The translations under genes were made by a program, and so were the position numbers. A stretch of 61,694 nucleotides of DNA, counting the filler, from Sphacelaria rigidula (lineage: Eukaryota), in assembly GCA_964200075.2 (NCBI GenBank). It is 9 parts of 9 records of this genome, joined end to end, with 100 filler letters (N's around TTAATTAATTAA, not from the genome) between each part and the next. Parts side by side here need not be neighbours in the genome. Positions count along the whole stretch, not along the records: positions 34,332 to 41,097 come from CAXNAA020018188.1; positions 41,198 to 47,963 come from CAXNAA020018189.1; 7 more parts are not named here. One strand, written 5' to 3'. The notes beneath the pieces were generated by a model that saw only the letters and a list, made by a program, of their open reading frames with translations, did no database searches and had not been told where the DNA came from. Numbering within the stretch: position 1 is the first letter of the stretch; each line of letters opens with the position of its first letter. Positions 36,378 to 48,063 of the stretch are shown here, one piece after another.

Positions 36378-36771
36378 GTGAGTTTTTTTTTTCATGCTTC
36401 CGGTGTACATCACCCCTCCCTCCCTGCCTCCCCGGCTACCGAAATTTCCAAGGTTGTGTTTTGTAGGGTATGCCCGTCTGATGACAGTGATCAATCACAG
36501 GTCTCCATCTGGTGACCGACTGGCGGACGATTGCTGGCGTCCATCTAATGACGCTTTAGGCGATCGCAGGTGGGTACCTGAGCCGTACCATGAAGCTGAG
36601 AGGATGTCAAGTTATATGTGTATTGGTGCTCTGAATTCAAGTGGTTTCAAGTGATTGTGGTCTGAGCTTCAGTTGTTCTTGGATTTTGTATGGGATGTAG
36701 ATGAAAAGTTTGAATTAAAAAAAAAAAATCCGTTTCCCCCGCCTCTTTATTCCCTCCCCTCCCCATGGCAG

Positions 36772-36920
36772 GCGACCTGGGCATAGAGGGAGGTCCCGCG
36801 GTCACATCGGCCCTACTCTCCCTCATCGACTTCTACGTGGACAACAAAGTTATTGAGACGGATGATGAAGGCAATGAGACGTTCCCCGTTAATGCCGCCC
36901 AGATCGGAATTGATACGCAG
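36772..36920 (+). CDS. TIC110: Tic110-like internal exon
   Basis: GGCAG| acceptor and CAG|GTACGT donor; 149 nt, phase-compatible with the previous exon. DLGIEGG...LLSLIDFYVDNKVI...FPVNA. Confidence 0.78.
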
Positions 36921-37740
36921 GTACGTCGGTTTTTTCTGTGCGGTGAATTGGTCATCACGATGGACGTGAATCATGTCATATATGCTGAAAATAAATGAAT
37001 AGTAACCCTTTCGCGGCCTGCTTGTACGGGGTTTCCCAGTATGCCTCGAGTTGGGGTACGCACTTGGCGTTATTTCATATGTTTTTGTATATATATATCA
37101 ACCGTGCGAAGTGGGACAGACGCATCTGCTTGTACTCGACCCACACCCACTACCCAAATATCCGTCATGTTTACTTCAATGTCAAACCCTCGTCGTTCCT
37201 CGGGATGAACGGCTCCGTTGATTCTCGAGAATCTAAGCCAACTGCCGATTTCTGCCGAAACACTACCTGCCTGACTTTTCTAGTGTTGCGTGGAAAGAAA
37301 TTGATTATTGGATCAGCACTGTTGCATCCATTCCGTGGGCTCTTTTGTTGAGTTTTTTCTACTCGCGCCCCCACCTTTGCAACAACCACTGTCAGATTTG
37401 TTTTTATAGAACAAGACAACAAAAATAAAGCCCTGTGTCTAGATTCGAACGCGTAACCTCTTTGTCGGCGTTTCTCACAGGCTATTGTGTTGTCGTGACG
37501 GTGGGACCACCAGAGTCCCGTGGTACTAAATATATATATATATTGATACATCAATTTTATGTACACTAAACACGCGGGTTACTTTCTTGTTGATGTGTTA
37601 CCTTTTCATTTTTTTTTTTATGCGACGATTGTTTTTCTCCATCGTGGTCGTCGTCGTCGTCCCCTTCTTTTGTTTTCCTGTCCTTCGGTTTCGTCTTCCC
37701 CTTCTTGTTTTTTTTCAATGTTTTTTAATTGTTTCTGTAG

Positions 37741-37872
37741 GTGCTCACCGCCCTGTACCAGAACTTCGTGGTGGCTGCCTTCGGCGTACAAGGTCCCAAG
37801 CTGAAGCGCTACGAGGAGGGCCAGCGTAAGCTTTCCGGCATTCTTGGAATTAGCGACGAAGAGAAGGCGAAG
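37741..37872 (+). CDS. TIC110: Tic110-like internal exon
   Basis: CTGTAG| acceptor and AAG|GTGCGC donor; 132 nt. VLTALYQNFVVAAFGVQGPKLKRYEEGQRKLSGILGISDEEKAK. Confidence 0.78.
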
Positions 37873-39820
37873 GTGCGCACCAGCGGGTACTACCGTTTTG
37901 CTGTGTGCCCTGTTGTAGCCGTGTTTGTATTGTTTCCTGTTTGTCGGTTATATGGTTTATTTTTATTGTTCCCACATGTTGCCCGTTTGGCGATACTGCA
38001 TCTTATTTCGAGAGTCCGTCTGCTGTTGTGGTGGTCGCTGATTTTCTGTGTACATTCGGGGCCCATTTTAACGAGGCAGGAAAAAGGAGAACGCGCCGTG
38101 AGACGGAGGGTGATTCTGGCGGTGTACTTGGGTGACTTTGGAATTTCTTCTCGTTCTGTCCTTGCGATTGATTGAGAGCTGATGAGCGACCAATTGGAAG
38201 GACAAAAAAAGGACAGGAAAAAAGCACGAAAGACCCTACAATCATTCGGACTCTCGCGGCGCGTTCCGACTTTTCTTGTGTGGTGAAGATGGGGATGGGC
38301 CCTTGGACGCCAGACGTCACCATGTCAACATACCAAAATGGAGATGGACAACTCCATCGTGCACCATTCTTATCTTCATGTTTTTTTCTGCTTCTGTGCA
38401 CCAAATGATTTTATTTCTCTCCTTCTTGTTGTTGAACGCTTGATTGAAGTCGGTGGCCAATCTTCATTCATTTTTTAGTTTACTCACACTTCCATTGGCC
38501 GTCTTACTCCTCCTCAGGATGAGTCCGTAGTCTGCAGGTACAAGCTCATCTGTCCCCAGGTACACGTTGAGCAACATTTTCTGACGCCTCGCTGAATTTT
38601 CCCCGACTAGTGGTACGTAGTCGAGGCACACGACACGGAACATGATCCCATAAACGTAATCATGGCAGGTGATGAGCTTGGAGGGGCGGTGTGTTAGTCA
38701 TATCCACGGTCTACATGCCAAGGATCTCTGTACATGGCAGCTGACTGCAGCTGACTGCATCCGCCAGCGCCCCGGCATGAAAGAAGAGGATAGCAGGCTG
38801 GGTGTCTCCCTTCCCCTCAAAAGCTCGAATTTTCGATTTTGGGGCTTACCTGTCCCGAAATATTTTTTTGACTTCTTTTACAGACCCTTGCCCTATTGTA
38901 GCTATTGTCGGCCGGCAATCGTCGCAATAGGTATATACTGTACGCAGTACATTTTTGGTCTATTGCAACTACTGACAAAATGTTGTGCGGGGTGTAGACA
39001 ATATATGGCTATGAGATTCACTAGGCCAAACATGCACCGGATCAAGTATAGGTCAATTGGAAATGTTGTCGATAAACAAAATTTGCGATATGCCTATACT
39101 TAACTCAGTACATTTTTGGTCTATTGCATCTTTTGACCATGTATTGTCCAGGGTGTGATATATATATATATATATATAATTGTATGTATCTTTGGTATAG
39201 GTGCGTTTGTGCAACCAATATATTGTCTTTTCCTTGTCCAAAAATAAATACAACCAACAAACCAACCAATTAATTAATTGTCATCTCAATTTTTTCATGT
39301 CTCTGTATATCCTCACGATTTCGCGACGAAAAATCAATGATTTATTTGAAAGAAAAAAAGTTGCATTTGGGGGTATCCGAAACCGCAGTCCCGCCATTTA
39401 TTGACAGCTTTCGGGGTGACAAGTTGGACCACACGCGGGGCACTCATGATTGTGATGTTATGCTGCCAAATTTGTTTCCCGTTTGGCGATGTTTTCCCTC
39501 TGTGGCGTCGGCGTTTGGAGTTCGAATACCAAACCCTGAAGAAGAGACAAGTCAATGTTTTGCAAACAAAACAAGAAAGGAAATTGTACTGCGTAAAGCA
39601 CTGCGTATGAACATATATATATATATGTTTTTTCCTCTTCTTGGTTTTTCATGTCAGTGTTCAACATGAGTAATGCTTTTTTTAACCAACTTTCTGTTTT
39701 TTCCACCCCTTGTTCAATGTCGTGGAGTACATATCTAATGGGGCACAGCGAGGTTTCCCAAAAGTATGACCGGCATCCCTTTTTCTTTTCTCCACACGTG
39801 TTTTGTGCCGCTCTCGTCAG

Positions 39821-39952
39821 ATCCACGAGGAAATCGGAGGGACTGTGATCCAGCGATTCGTGAACCAGGAGCTGGGCAAATCGGGGAAGATCACGACTCA
39901 GGGATTGACGTTCTTGGCCAACATCAACACGCGCTTAGCCATGCCCAGCGAC
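39821..39952 (+). CDS. TIC110: Tic110-like internal exon
   Basis: GTCAG| acceptor and GAC|GTGAGA donor; 132 nt. IHEEIGGTVIQRFVNQELGKSGKITTQGLTFLANINTRLAMPSD. Confidence 0.75.
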
Positions 39953-40415
39953 GTGAGAAGCAGAGCCCTGAACCTTTGAGGATCACACTGTACAGATGGA
40001 TTTCCTGCAGTATAGTGGGGTGTGTCACTTGAGGTAGCACCTGTCATGGCTTGTGCCACGATACGATGCGTAACCAAAAGCTGTTCTTGAACGACCACAA
40101 CAAACAATGTTTTCGTGAAATTAAGAGTAGAGGATACGATTGAGAGTGGAACTCGGTCAAGTAATTAATGAATCGTTTCAGTTCCGAAATGCTCCCGAAC
40201 GACGCCCAATATGGTTTCTGTAGTAGTTTGCCACTGAGGCCCTCGATATCCCTGAGTAGGATATCGACGTGTAGCTGTAAGCAAACGCTACTGATGGGGA
40301 CAAGGAGAACCACACACGGAATACACAATTGGCTAAGGTAAAGCGGATAATCAAAGTCACTCTCAATCTTTTTTATTCCATTTTTTCACTTTTTTCCCGA
40401 TGTCATGATTCACAG

Positions 40416-40493
40416 GTGTTTGACAAGATGGTGCAGAAATACAAGGCGCAATACCTCAGCGATAAGACGGAGGGGCTGTTTAGGACGGATAAG
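40416..40493 (+). CDS. TIC110: Tic110-like internal exon
   Basis: CACAG| acceptor and AAG|GTATGC donor; 78 nt. VFDKMVQKYKAQYLSDKTEGLFRTDK. Confidence 0.7.
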
Positions 40494-41097
40494 GTATGCT
40501 GTCTGGGAGAATATCACGTCCACCGTCCACCACTTGGTGCAATACCGGTACAGCAGATGGAAATTATAAATATACATCCAAACATGGAAGATGAGCATTT
40601 GATAACTGCTCACTAAATCATGACGAATCGTTCATGGCTTATTTCAGCTTGATGAGTTTATCTTCTATCAAATATTCCCTTGTCTTTGTTTTTTCGGAGG
40701 AAGCATTCATCAGGTCAAATCATTCCGTTAAACTAGTACTTAAATGTGCGTTTGTGTGTGCAGTTGTGGAGTGTCAGGATGTGGGCGATCTCAGTGACAT
40801 GAACACACGTGAAGGGAAAAAAAAGGAAAAGTGTCTCATGTGCATTGATGAAGTCAAATATGTTGGGGGAGGCGTACTCATTTGTTGCTTGCCTTAGTCG
40901 TTTGACCATTGACCACGCATCCCTTTCGAGACGAAGCAAAATATGTTTGGGGGGGGGGGGTTATGTTTCGGAGAAGGAATCCATACGCCCAGACGAAGTC
41001 GCCCGCCTTCATAGAAGGGGTATGTTTCAGGGGTCGGACAAATCAAAGATGCGTCTGGAAATTACTTCGTTCTAGTGTCATTGATTCGAATCGTACG

Positions 41098-41197
41098 NNN
41101 NNNNNNNNNNNNNNNNNNNNNNNNNNNNNNNNNNNNNNNNNTTAATTAATTAANNNNNNNNNNNNNNNNNNNNNNNNNNNNNNNNNNNNNNNNNNNN
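41098..41197. other. Artificial contig linker
   Basis: N44-TTAATTAATTAA-N44. Confidence 0.99.
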
Positions 41198-41586
41198 AAC
41201 GTGACGCCCAAAACGTAACGTTCACGTCACGTGTCACGCCGTATCACGTGTCACGTAGCCCTCCCTAGTTTTTTCCCCCTCATATTGCCAATGCACCTCC
41301 GCACCCACATCAGACCTTCATTCAACAGTAGATAATGGCCGCAAAAGAGTATAACGCTCGCGTATCAAACCTGGGAAGAATGTCTTGTCTCAAAGTCTCC
41401 GAAAGCCTCCAGTACACTGTGAACTGGTGCAGAGAATGCGCTGATCAGCATCGGTCCTAGGAACGTTCTCGGAACAACTCCAGGAAAGTCATGATGATCA
41501 TAGGAGCCTAAATCATCACGGTGTACCAGGATGTCGTGAATAGCCTGCATATTGCAACACAGTGAAAAGCGGCGGGAAGTTGAGGT

Positions 41587-41917
41587 TGTGTGTGAGTGTG
41601 TGTCGTCGTCCCATCTATTCTGGACGCCGGTCTATACCTTTCGGTATATGTGGGCGCACCAGCCGGGGTCACACAGGAGGAAGGCCAACACAGGGCTTTT
41701 TTCTTTTTTAATTGGTTTTTGTACCTCACCTTCCTTCTGCGGTGCCTGTCTATATTTGTTATCGCGAGAGGGGTTTAGCAGTCCATTTCCCTCGTCGACC
41801 GTTAAGTCGAATTTTGTGTACCCACGACATANNNNNNNNNNGATCGCTCCGAGATTTGAAACCACAACCCAACCGTCAGAAGGTTTCGAGGTTACCAACT
41901 GAGCCACCGGGGCGACC
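41587..41917 (-). mobile_element. Near full-length tRNA-derived SINE, about 330 bp, with a 10-N gap inside
   Basis: The reverse strand begins GGTCGCCCCGGTGGCTCAGTTGG with a B-box-like motif and ends GGGACGACG-(AC)n. Head and tail match fragments at 6698 and 34332. Confidence 0.75.
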
Positions 41918-42035
41918 AGTTGGGTGAAGTTATCCTTGGTGACAGCAGCAGTGGTTTTTTTTGGCGGTGATGGTGATTGTCGTTGCTGGTCTCCGAGTCA
42001 TCGCTGATGAGAGATCCATGTTGTTCCTGGATCCT

Positions 42036-42469
42036 CACGTCATCGTGCGACCTTTATCCGGAAAATAATATCCATCTGAGATGTCCATCTAGGATATCAT
42101 ATCCATCTGGGGCATGTATCTGGGATATGGACATCCATATGATAAATATTACCGGGGTTGATCCCTCGGGACCACAGACTCATCCCGAGGAAGGGGAGGG
42201 GTTCAAAGTGCGGCAAAGAAAAACAAATGGAAGATCCATTTTGGATCTGGACGTCCATTTGGATATCAGATCTATCTGGGTTTCCATCCAGGATGTCCAT
42301 CTGGAGTGTCTATTAAGAAATCTGTTTAGTAGGTTCATATCCCAGATTGATATTTCAGATGGGTGTTCACATGCCAGATGAATAGCTATCTATTGTGTGA
42401 TATCCTACATTGACGACCATCCGGCATATTCGCATCCCAGATGAAGGTTGCTTGATATTGCAAGACCGT
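42036..42469. repeat. MITE-like element built from GATGTCCATCT / CATCTGGGAT units; second copy at about 46500..46733
   Basis: Dense short internal repeats. Both copies end in GGTTGC...TGCAAGACCGTG. Confidence 0.6.
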
Positions 42470-44849
42470 GATAGTTTGATGATGTCCTGTGCTGCTGTCA
42501 TGTTTTACATTATCAAACAACGTGTCCATTACTGATCTCAAGTAACCGTCTAAAGCAAGTAGCGCACGATAGGCAGTAAGGAGTCTGGTGATAGCTCTCC
42601 CATGCGGTCGCAATAACAGTAAAAGCACAAACGAATCCGCTCCAGCAGCTGGATTATTGACTAGGCAAACGGATACACGGGTAGCTGCAACACTGTTGGA
42701 TTCGCCTCTATATCGCTCTTTGCTTTCAAGGGTTCAAAAAGGATGGGCCTATACTTCGAGCTTCTTTAGTCACTGATTTCACGGACCCCGGCATAGATTT
42801 GATCACCTGAGTAGATGCTAGAACTGTTCCTTATATTTCGAGGTAGATCCGGATGATCCATTAGAAAAGAGGCAAAGATTCAAGAGTCAAACGCGGTGGT
42901 TGGCAGGGATGGTCGTCGTACGCCGTGGAGGCGATCACACGATTGTCTGTAAGATGTGTTCGGTATGTGGTTCGAGCTACGGTGGTGCACGCACATGTCA
43001 GGCATATTCACCATGGGAATCAAAACCACGAGTGCAGATCGATCCAAAATGACCAGGAAACACACAACAGCTTGAGTGAGATCGGGGGTTCTTCAACCGC
43101 TCGCCGTCAGACTGGCGCTTCGTTAATCTGTGCTTGTATCAGCGACTGGATAAAGCACCGTTTCGCGTGGATTTACGTTCTATTATACGATAGCCTACTT
43201 GCGTCATCGATCCCCTACGATTTCCAAGTCGTGATGCGAAAAGCGTGCAAACGATGTACGAGGTATGTTTATATCGCACCCGCGGTGTACCTCCGTACCG
43301 GGCACTCTCGAGTCCTGTACCGACACGTGGTTGTAGCTGAGAACAAAGTACAAGACCCCTTATTCATGGGTGAGTTCTTCGATCTAAGACATGGAGGGGA
43401 ATGACACCATATTCCCCCGATCTCACATTCATCAAAACAACTCGCACGAGGTTCTTGGTAGCACAGCACGACGTGGTCGTGAAGAATCGCAGCGGAAACG
43501 CAAACGTCAGTATGAAAGGGGGTGTTGTCCCCCGTCATGAGTACAGCAGCTACATGTTCAAATGTTGGATTCCGAAAACAACCATTAGGGTATCGACCAG
43601 GACCAAGATATCAGCCTCGCCTAAGTATTCGCCGCTTATACGTAAATACTATGCAGATTCGGACGGGGAGGCGGGTATCTTGGGAAGACATTCCTACGCA
43701 ACATCAAGCGGCAGTCATGGTTATTGGCCCTTGAGGAATACAGGTACACTTGCCCTACTTTACAATCCCATACCTGGAGACTGAAGCTTTCCTCAACCTT
43801 GGTATAAGGACACAGCAAAATGTGCCCCACAATGGCTGCAAGGAGAGTGGACTCGGCTGCTGTGCGCCAGCTCCTCGGAGACATTGGCACAAATGAAAAT
43901 CAAGGATCCTGAGCAGCAAACACGCAGCAGCCAGCAGCCCCCTTTCAGGAACAATCTCACTGTAGGCTGAGAATATCCTGATCATACCCGTTGTTGTAAC
44001 GGCTCAGAATGTACGGTGTTACAGTACAGCCTTTTTTTGCCAGACAAAACAACTAGTATTCAACAACGTTTATGTTTCCCTTGAGAATCTTCAATTTTCG
44101 GTTGGTTCACGTGCATTTAGCTTCTTTTACGCTGAACACATAGCATTGATCTCCTGCGCGCTCCCACACAGCATTTCGTCATACTCCAATATCTTGCACC
44201 TGACAAGATTGCGCCGCGTTTCAAGATGCCACCGCTCACGTCCGTCGTCACGCCTGAAAATCAATGATTGAATGAGCTTTAGTTGCCTATTTTCATGTAT
44301 CACTGACAGGTACATATATTTAACACACGAACAGAACTTCCTCCCACGGACATACGCCGTAGGGCAACCGTTCTCACCCTACCGACAACCGTTTACCGCA
44401 CGTTGCACGATTTGGTAGGTCAGTCGATGTTTCCAGCGCGGAGGTTCCACCCGCATGTCGACGCAAACAGCGGATGCTGCTCTAACCCGTTGGGAACACG
44501 AAATGTAAGATATACTGTTCTATACCCACTATCTTCTGTGTGAAGAACTGCATCATTTAACGAAGTATATTCCGGATGAGATGCTGATTGTTTTTGCGAT
44601 ATGTTAATGCTGATACGGCGCTCTTGATTTCGCCTGTTGACATGTACGTTCTTCTTCCGTTCTCAGTCGAAAAAGCCAATAGAGAAGAGGCGCATTTCTC
44701 GCACGAAGTCTTACGTGGTCCTCTTCTGCCATATTCTCATTGAGCAAATACATTTCGTCTACTCGACCTTTTGATTGCCCAGGGGCATGAACCTGAGGCC
44801 ACTTCATACAGTGATGTGTACTGTATTTCTGGCCTCCACCTGCATCCAC

Positions 44850-45385
44850 GGAGACTTTCTTTCAAAAATCTCGTCGGCGCGTACGGTGATTCGTTTGTGT
44901 TTGCCATACCGCTGCGCCTTAGCCCACAGCGTCACCGCCCACAACACCGCACACATGGCGACGACTGAAGTCAGCTCTCTACATGACGCACTAACGCAAG
45001 TGCTGGAACACTCCACCAAATGTTGGGTCATGTTGCCGTCGACCGCCACAATAATATTGATGTCGTTGGTGACGGGCGTCAAGGTTTCAGGTCGTCTGTG
45101 CCCCGACCGAATAGTCGAAATGTCCAATCAGGGCACAGACGACAAGAAAACTCGACCTCCGTCACTAGGAACAACAACATGATGATCATGGTGTACCACA
45201 TGCCCCCACGATTTGGCACGCTACTCCAGTAGGTGTGCCGGCACGACATGTGAGAGAGCTGACTCCAATCGTCGTCATACGTGTGGAGTTGTTGTCTGCC
45301 GTGAGGACGTGGGCTACGACCCAGCGGCATGAAAATACAAAAAAAATCCCACAGGCATCGATGAGATTGTTGAAAGAGGATCCAA
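44850..45385. repeat. Long imperfect inverted repeat, arms about 250 bp, loop about 27 nt
   Basis: The inner stem GTCGTCTGTGCCC / GGGCACAGACGAC is perfect. Outer anchors AGTCAGCTCTCT / AGAGAGCTGACT, TAGCCCAC / GTGGGCTA and CTTTCAA / TTGAAAG are symmetric. Confidence 0.8.
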
Positions 45386-47963
45386 TCGTAAATAAAAGCT
45401 ACATTACGACAAGAAATTGCCTAAACACGAAATAATTGAACTGCACCGCGGGGCTGAGACACCGAAGCAACAAAAAATGTAGATTGAGACCTGGAAGATA
45501 AGTAACACGTATACCGGACATATTTTTCGCATGCATCTCTCATCAGTCTTTTGAAACAGCAACATCATATCTGCACGTGAAGAAAACGGTTCACTCAGGC
45601 GCCCATCGCCACGATGACAAGCGTAAGAGAGACAGAGTTTATCATTAGAGCTGGCAGGTTCTCCCCTGCCTGAGCTCCTGCTGGCTGGGTAATTTTTAGA
45701 ATCGTATACAAGTTTGTTTTCGGGTACGCAGACCGCCCGCCCTGCTTTCCGCTCTGTATTTCTCTGCCTTCTCACCCACCCGCTGTCTCTCTGTTACCAT
45801 GGCTCGCTGCTTTCGCTCACCCTCTCTTTGTTTTTTTTGTCGGTGTAAATGTGCCGAACTTTCATCCAGCAGTACGTATCGAATGATAGTCACGCGTATT
45901 GCTCGTGCATGCGTTGCAGCCATCCAAGCAAAGCAACGAAAGTGATGACGATCGAGCGATCGGGTTTCAAATGCAAGAAGCAGGAATCCGGACGCAGCGA
46001 GGGAGCAACCCAGTCGGTGAGACTGTCGACCGGTTTTTAACAGGCGAACACTCGAGGGAGCTTTGCATTGTCGGGCAAACTTCATCTAGAGTATCGTACT
46101 GATTAATTGATTTGATTGATTGTCGTAATTTATTTGACAGCCTAGGGGTCCAGCCGTAGTCGCATGATGGTCGTACCCGGATACATAACTGAAGCACTCG
46201 CTGAAGAAGAAATAAGAAACAGAAAGGTAGAACAGAACAACAAAGAAGACTACGCATCCTTCTAGGATACTCATCTGAGCTATCAATGTCGATCTATTTG
46301 CCCCTAGTTTTTGTTCAATTCACTTCGCTTACTCAATCTTTCTGTTTTTAGTCTTTTCTATTCTCCAGTTTCCCGTAGCGTGTGTTTCCGTTTTTTTATT
46401 CTGGGTGCGTCCATCTTTTGACCTCAGATTGATTCGCCTGGGATGAGTAAATGTGCTACAATAAAATCAATCAAACCAGATCAAATATGGAATCTGAGGT
46501 GTGGGCAACCATCTGACATGTAGACATTTGATATCATACCCATCTGGGATATGGATGTCCATCCGGGATGTTCATCTGAAGTTCCATCTGAGTTGCCTGT
46601 CTGAGAAATCCATCTGGGACATCCCTATCCCAGATTGATGTCCATGCCTCAGATGGGCGTCCATACCCCAGATAAATATCTGACAGAGATATCGACATCC
46701 GAGACGGAGGTTGCACAGCAATGCAAGACCGTGACATTCGACCAAGGGCCATTGAGCGCTCACTTGCCCAGTGATCAAATGTCCGCTTGTTGAGCAAAGA
46801 TTATGCTGTGCGCCCGGTTCCCGGCGTGGTCACATCAGAGATATCCGGGGTCGCGCCCTTGGCAAGACTGTCAAAGGTCCAACATCCACCATCAGCCTAT
46901 GATCCGGGGACTCGAACCACTTCCCTTTTTGTTCAGCAGGCGGGGATTACGAGATCAAGAGTTCGAGTCGCTGGATGATGGATTGCTGATGTATTTCGAA
47001 ATCTTGAACGGAAAGGTTTGCGAGGGGTACGACGCCAGAGATATCTAATACGACCGTGTCGGGAATTGGGTTCACACCAAGTCTTTTGTTCATCAAGCGG
47101 GCGTTTGACCTCTGAACCAGTGAGCGGACCACAACATACATTTCGTCCAACAAGCGGATACTTTCAGGGGGAGAATCGCTTAATCTAGGGAGCGCTGGTG
47201 GTACCGAATACACGTATAGGCGGAGAATAACAACTGTCAATTTGTTTGCACATCATACATACCTTGACTGAATGGCACATATTTTGCTTGTTTGACGATT
47301 CCTAGCGATGTGATTTTCATGAGACTTCAGCTTATTTCGATATGCAAGACCCTTGATCGCAGTGGGTGATACGTAACACCGTCGGAAGGCGGCAAATAAT
47401 ACACACTGTCGACGATGCTGATAGGTATACTGGAACATCCGATATGCATCGCGTTCCGACTTGCGTTAGGTGCTCAAATCCCGACTCCGAGTATTAATTT
47501 TGATATATGTAATTTTGAGGTGAATTTATCCTTGTGCTCTCGTTTACGCTGCAATAACGGCGTACACGATACTTACCACAATATCATCACCAAAATATTG
47601 ACCTCATCCTGCGTTAGCTGAATGGTTGTCCCAGACCCCATTTGCGCTGTGTGGATGATGACTTGGCAATCTTGACATCGACGAGACGACCACAAAACCA
47701 GCGCTCTCGAAGAGTGTCCATGATTACTTCCAACGGTGCAACTTACGGTGATATGGTCTTCGCCTGGGAGGTCTGGATCTGGAGCATTGTTGGCACAGCG
47801 GGCCCTGTACCGTACACCCCGAACTAACCACATCGGGTGTGAAGTATGATTATACTCAGTCACGACAGATTTCACGATGCGATAACAAAGGGTGTACTCA
47901 TGATCATGCATGACATAGTTCCAAGACCATTGGCCTCGCATCCCTACAAAGCCGGGACGGAGC

Positions 47964-48063
47964 NNNNNNNNNNNNNNNNNNNNNNNNNNNNNNNNNNNNN
48001 NNNNNNNTTAATTAATTAANNNNNNNNNNNNNNNNNNNNNNNNNNNNNNNNNNNNNNNNNNNN
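47964..48063. other. Artificial contig linker
   Basis: N44-TTAATTAATTAA-N44. Confidence 0.99.

Noticed and set aside
42880-44000. Cluster of 60-160-aa ORFs as a gene or transposase
   Set aside because: No recognisable motif or consistent splice structure.
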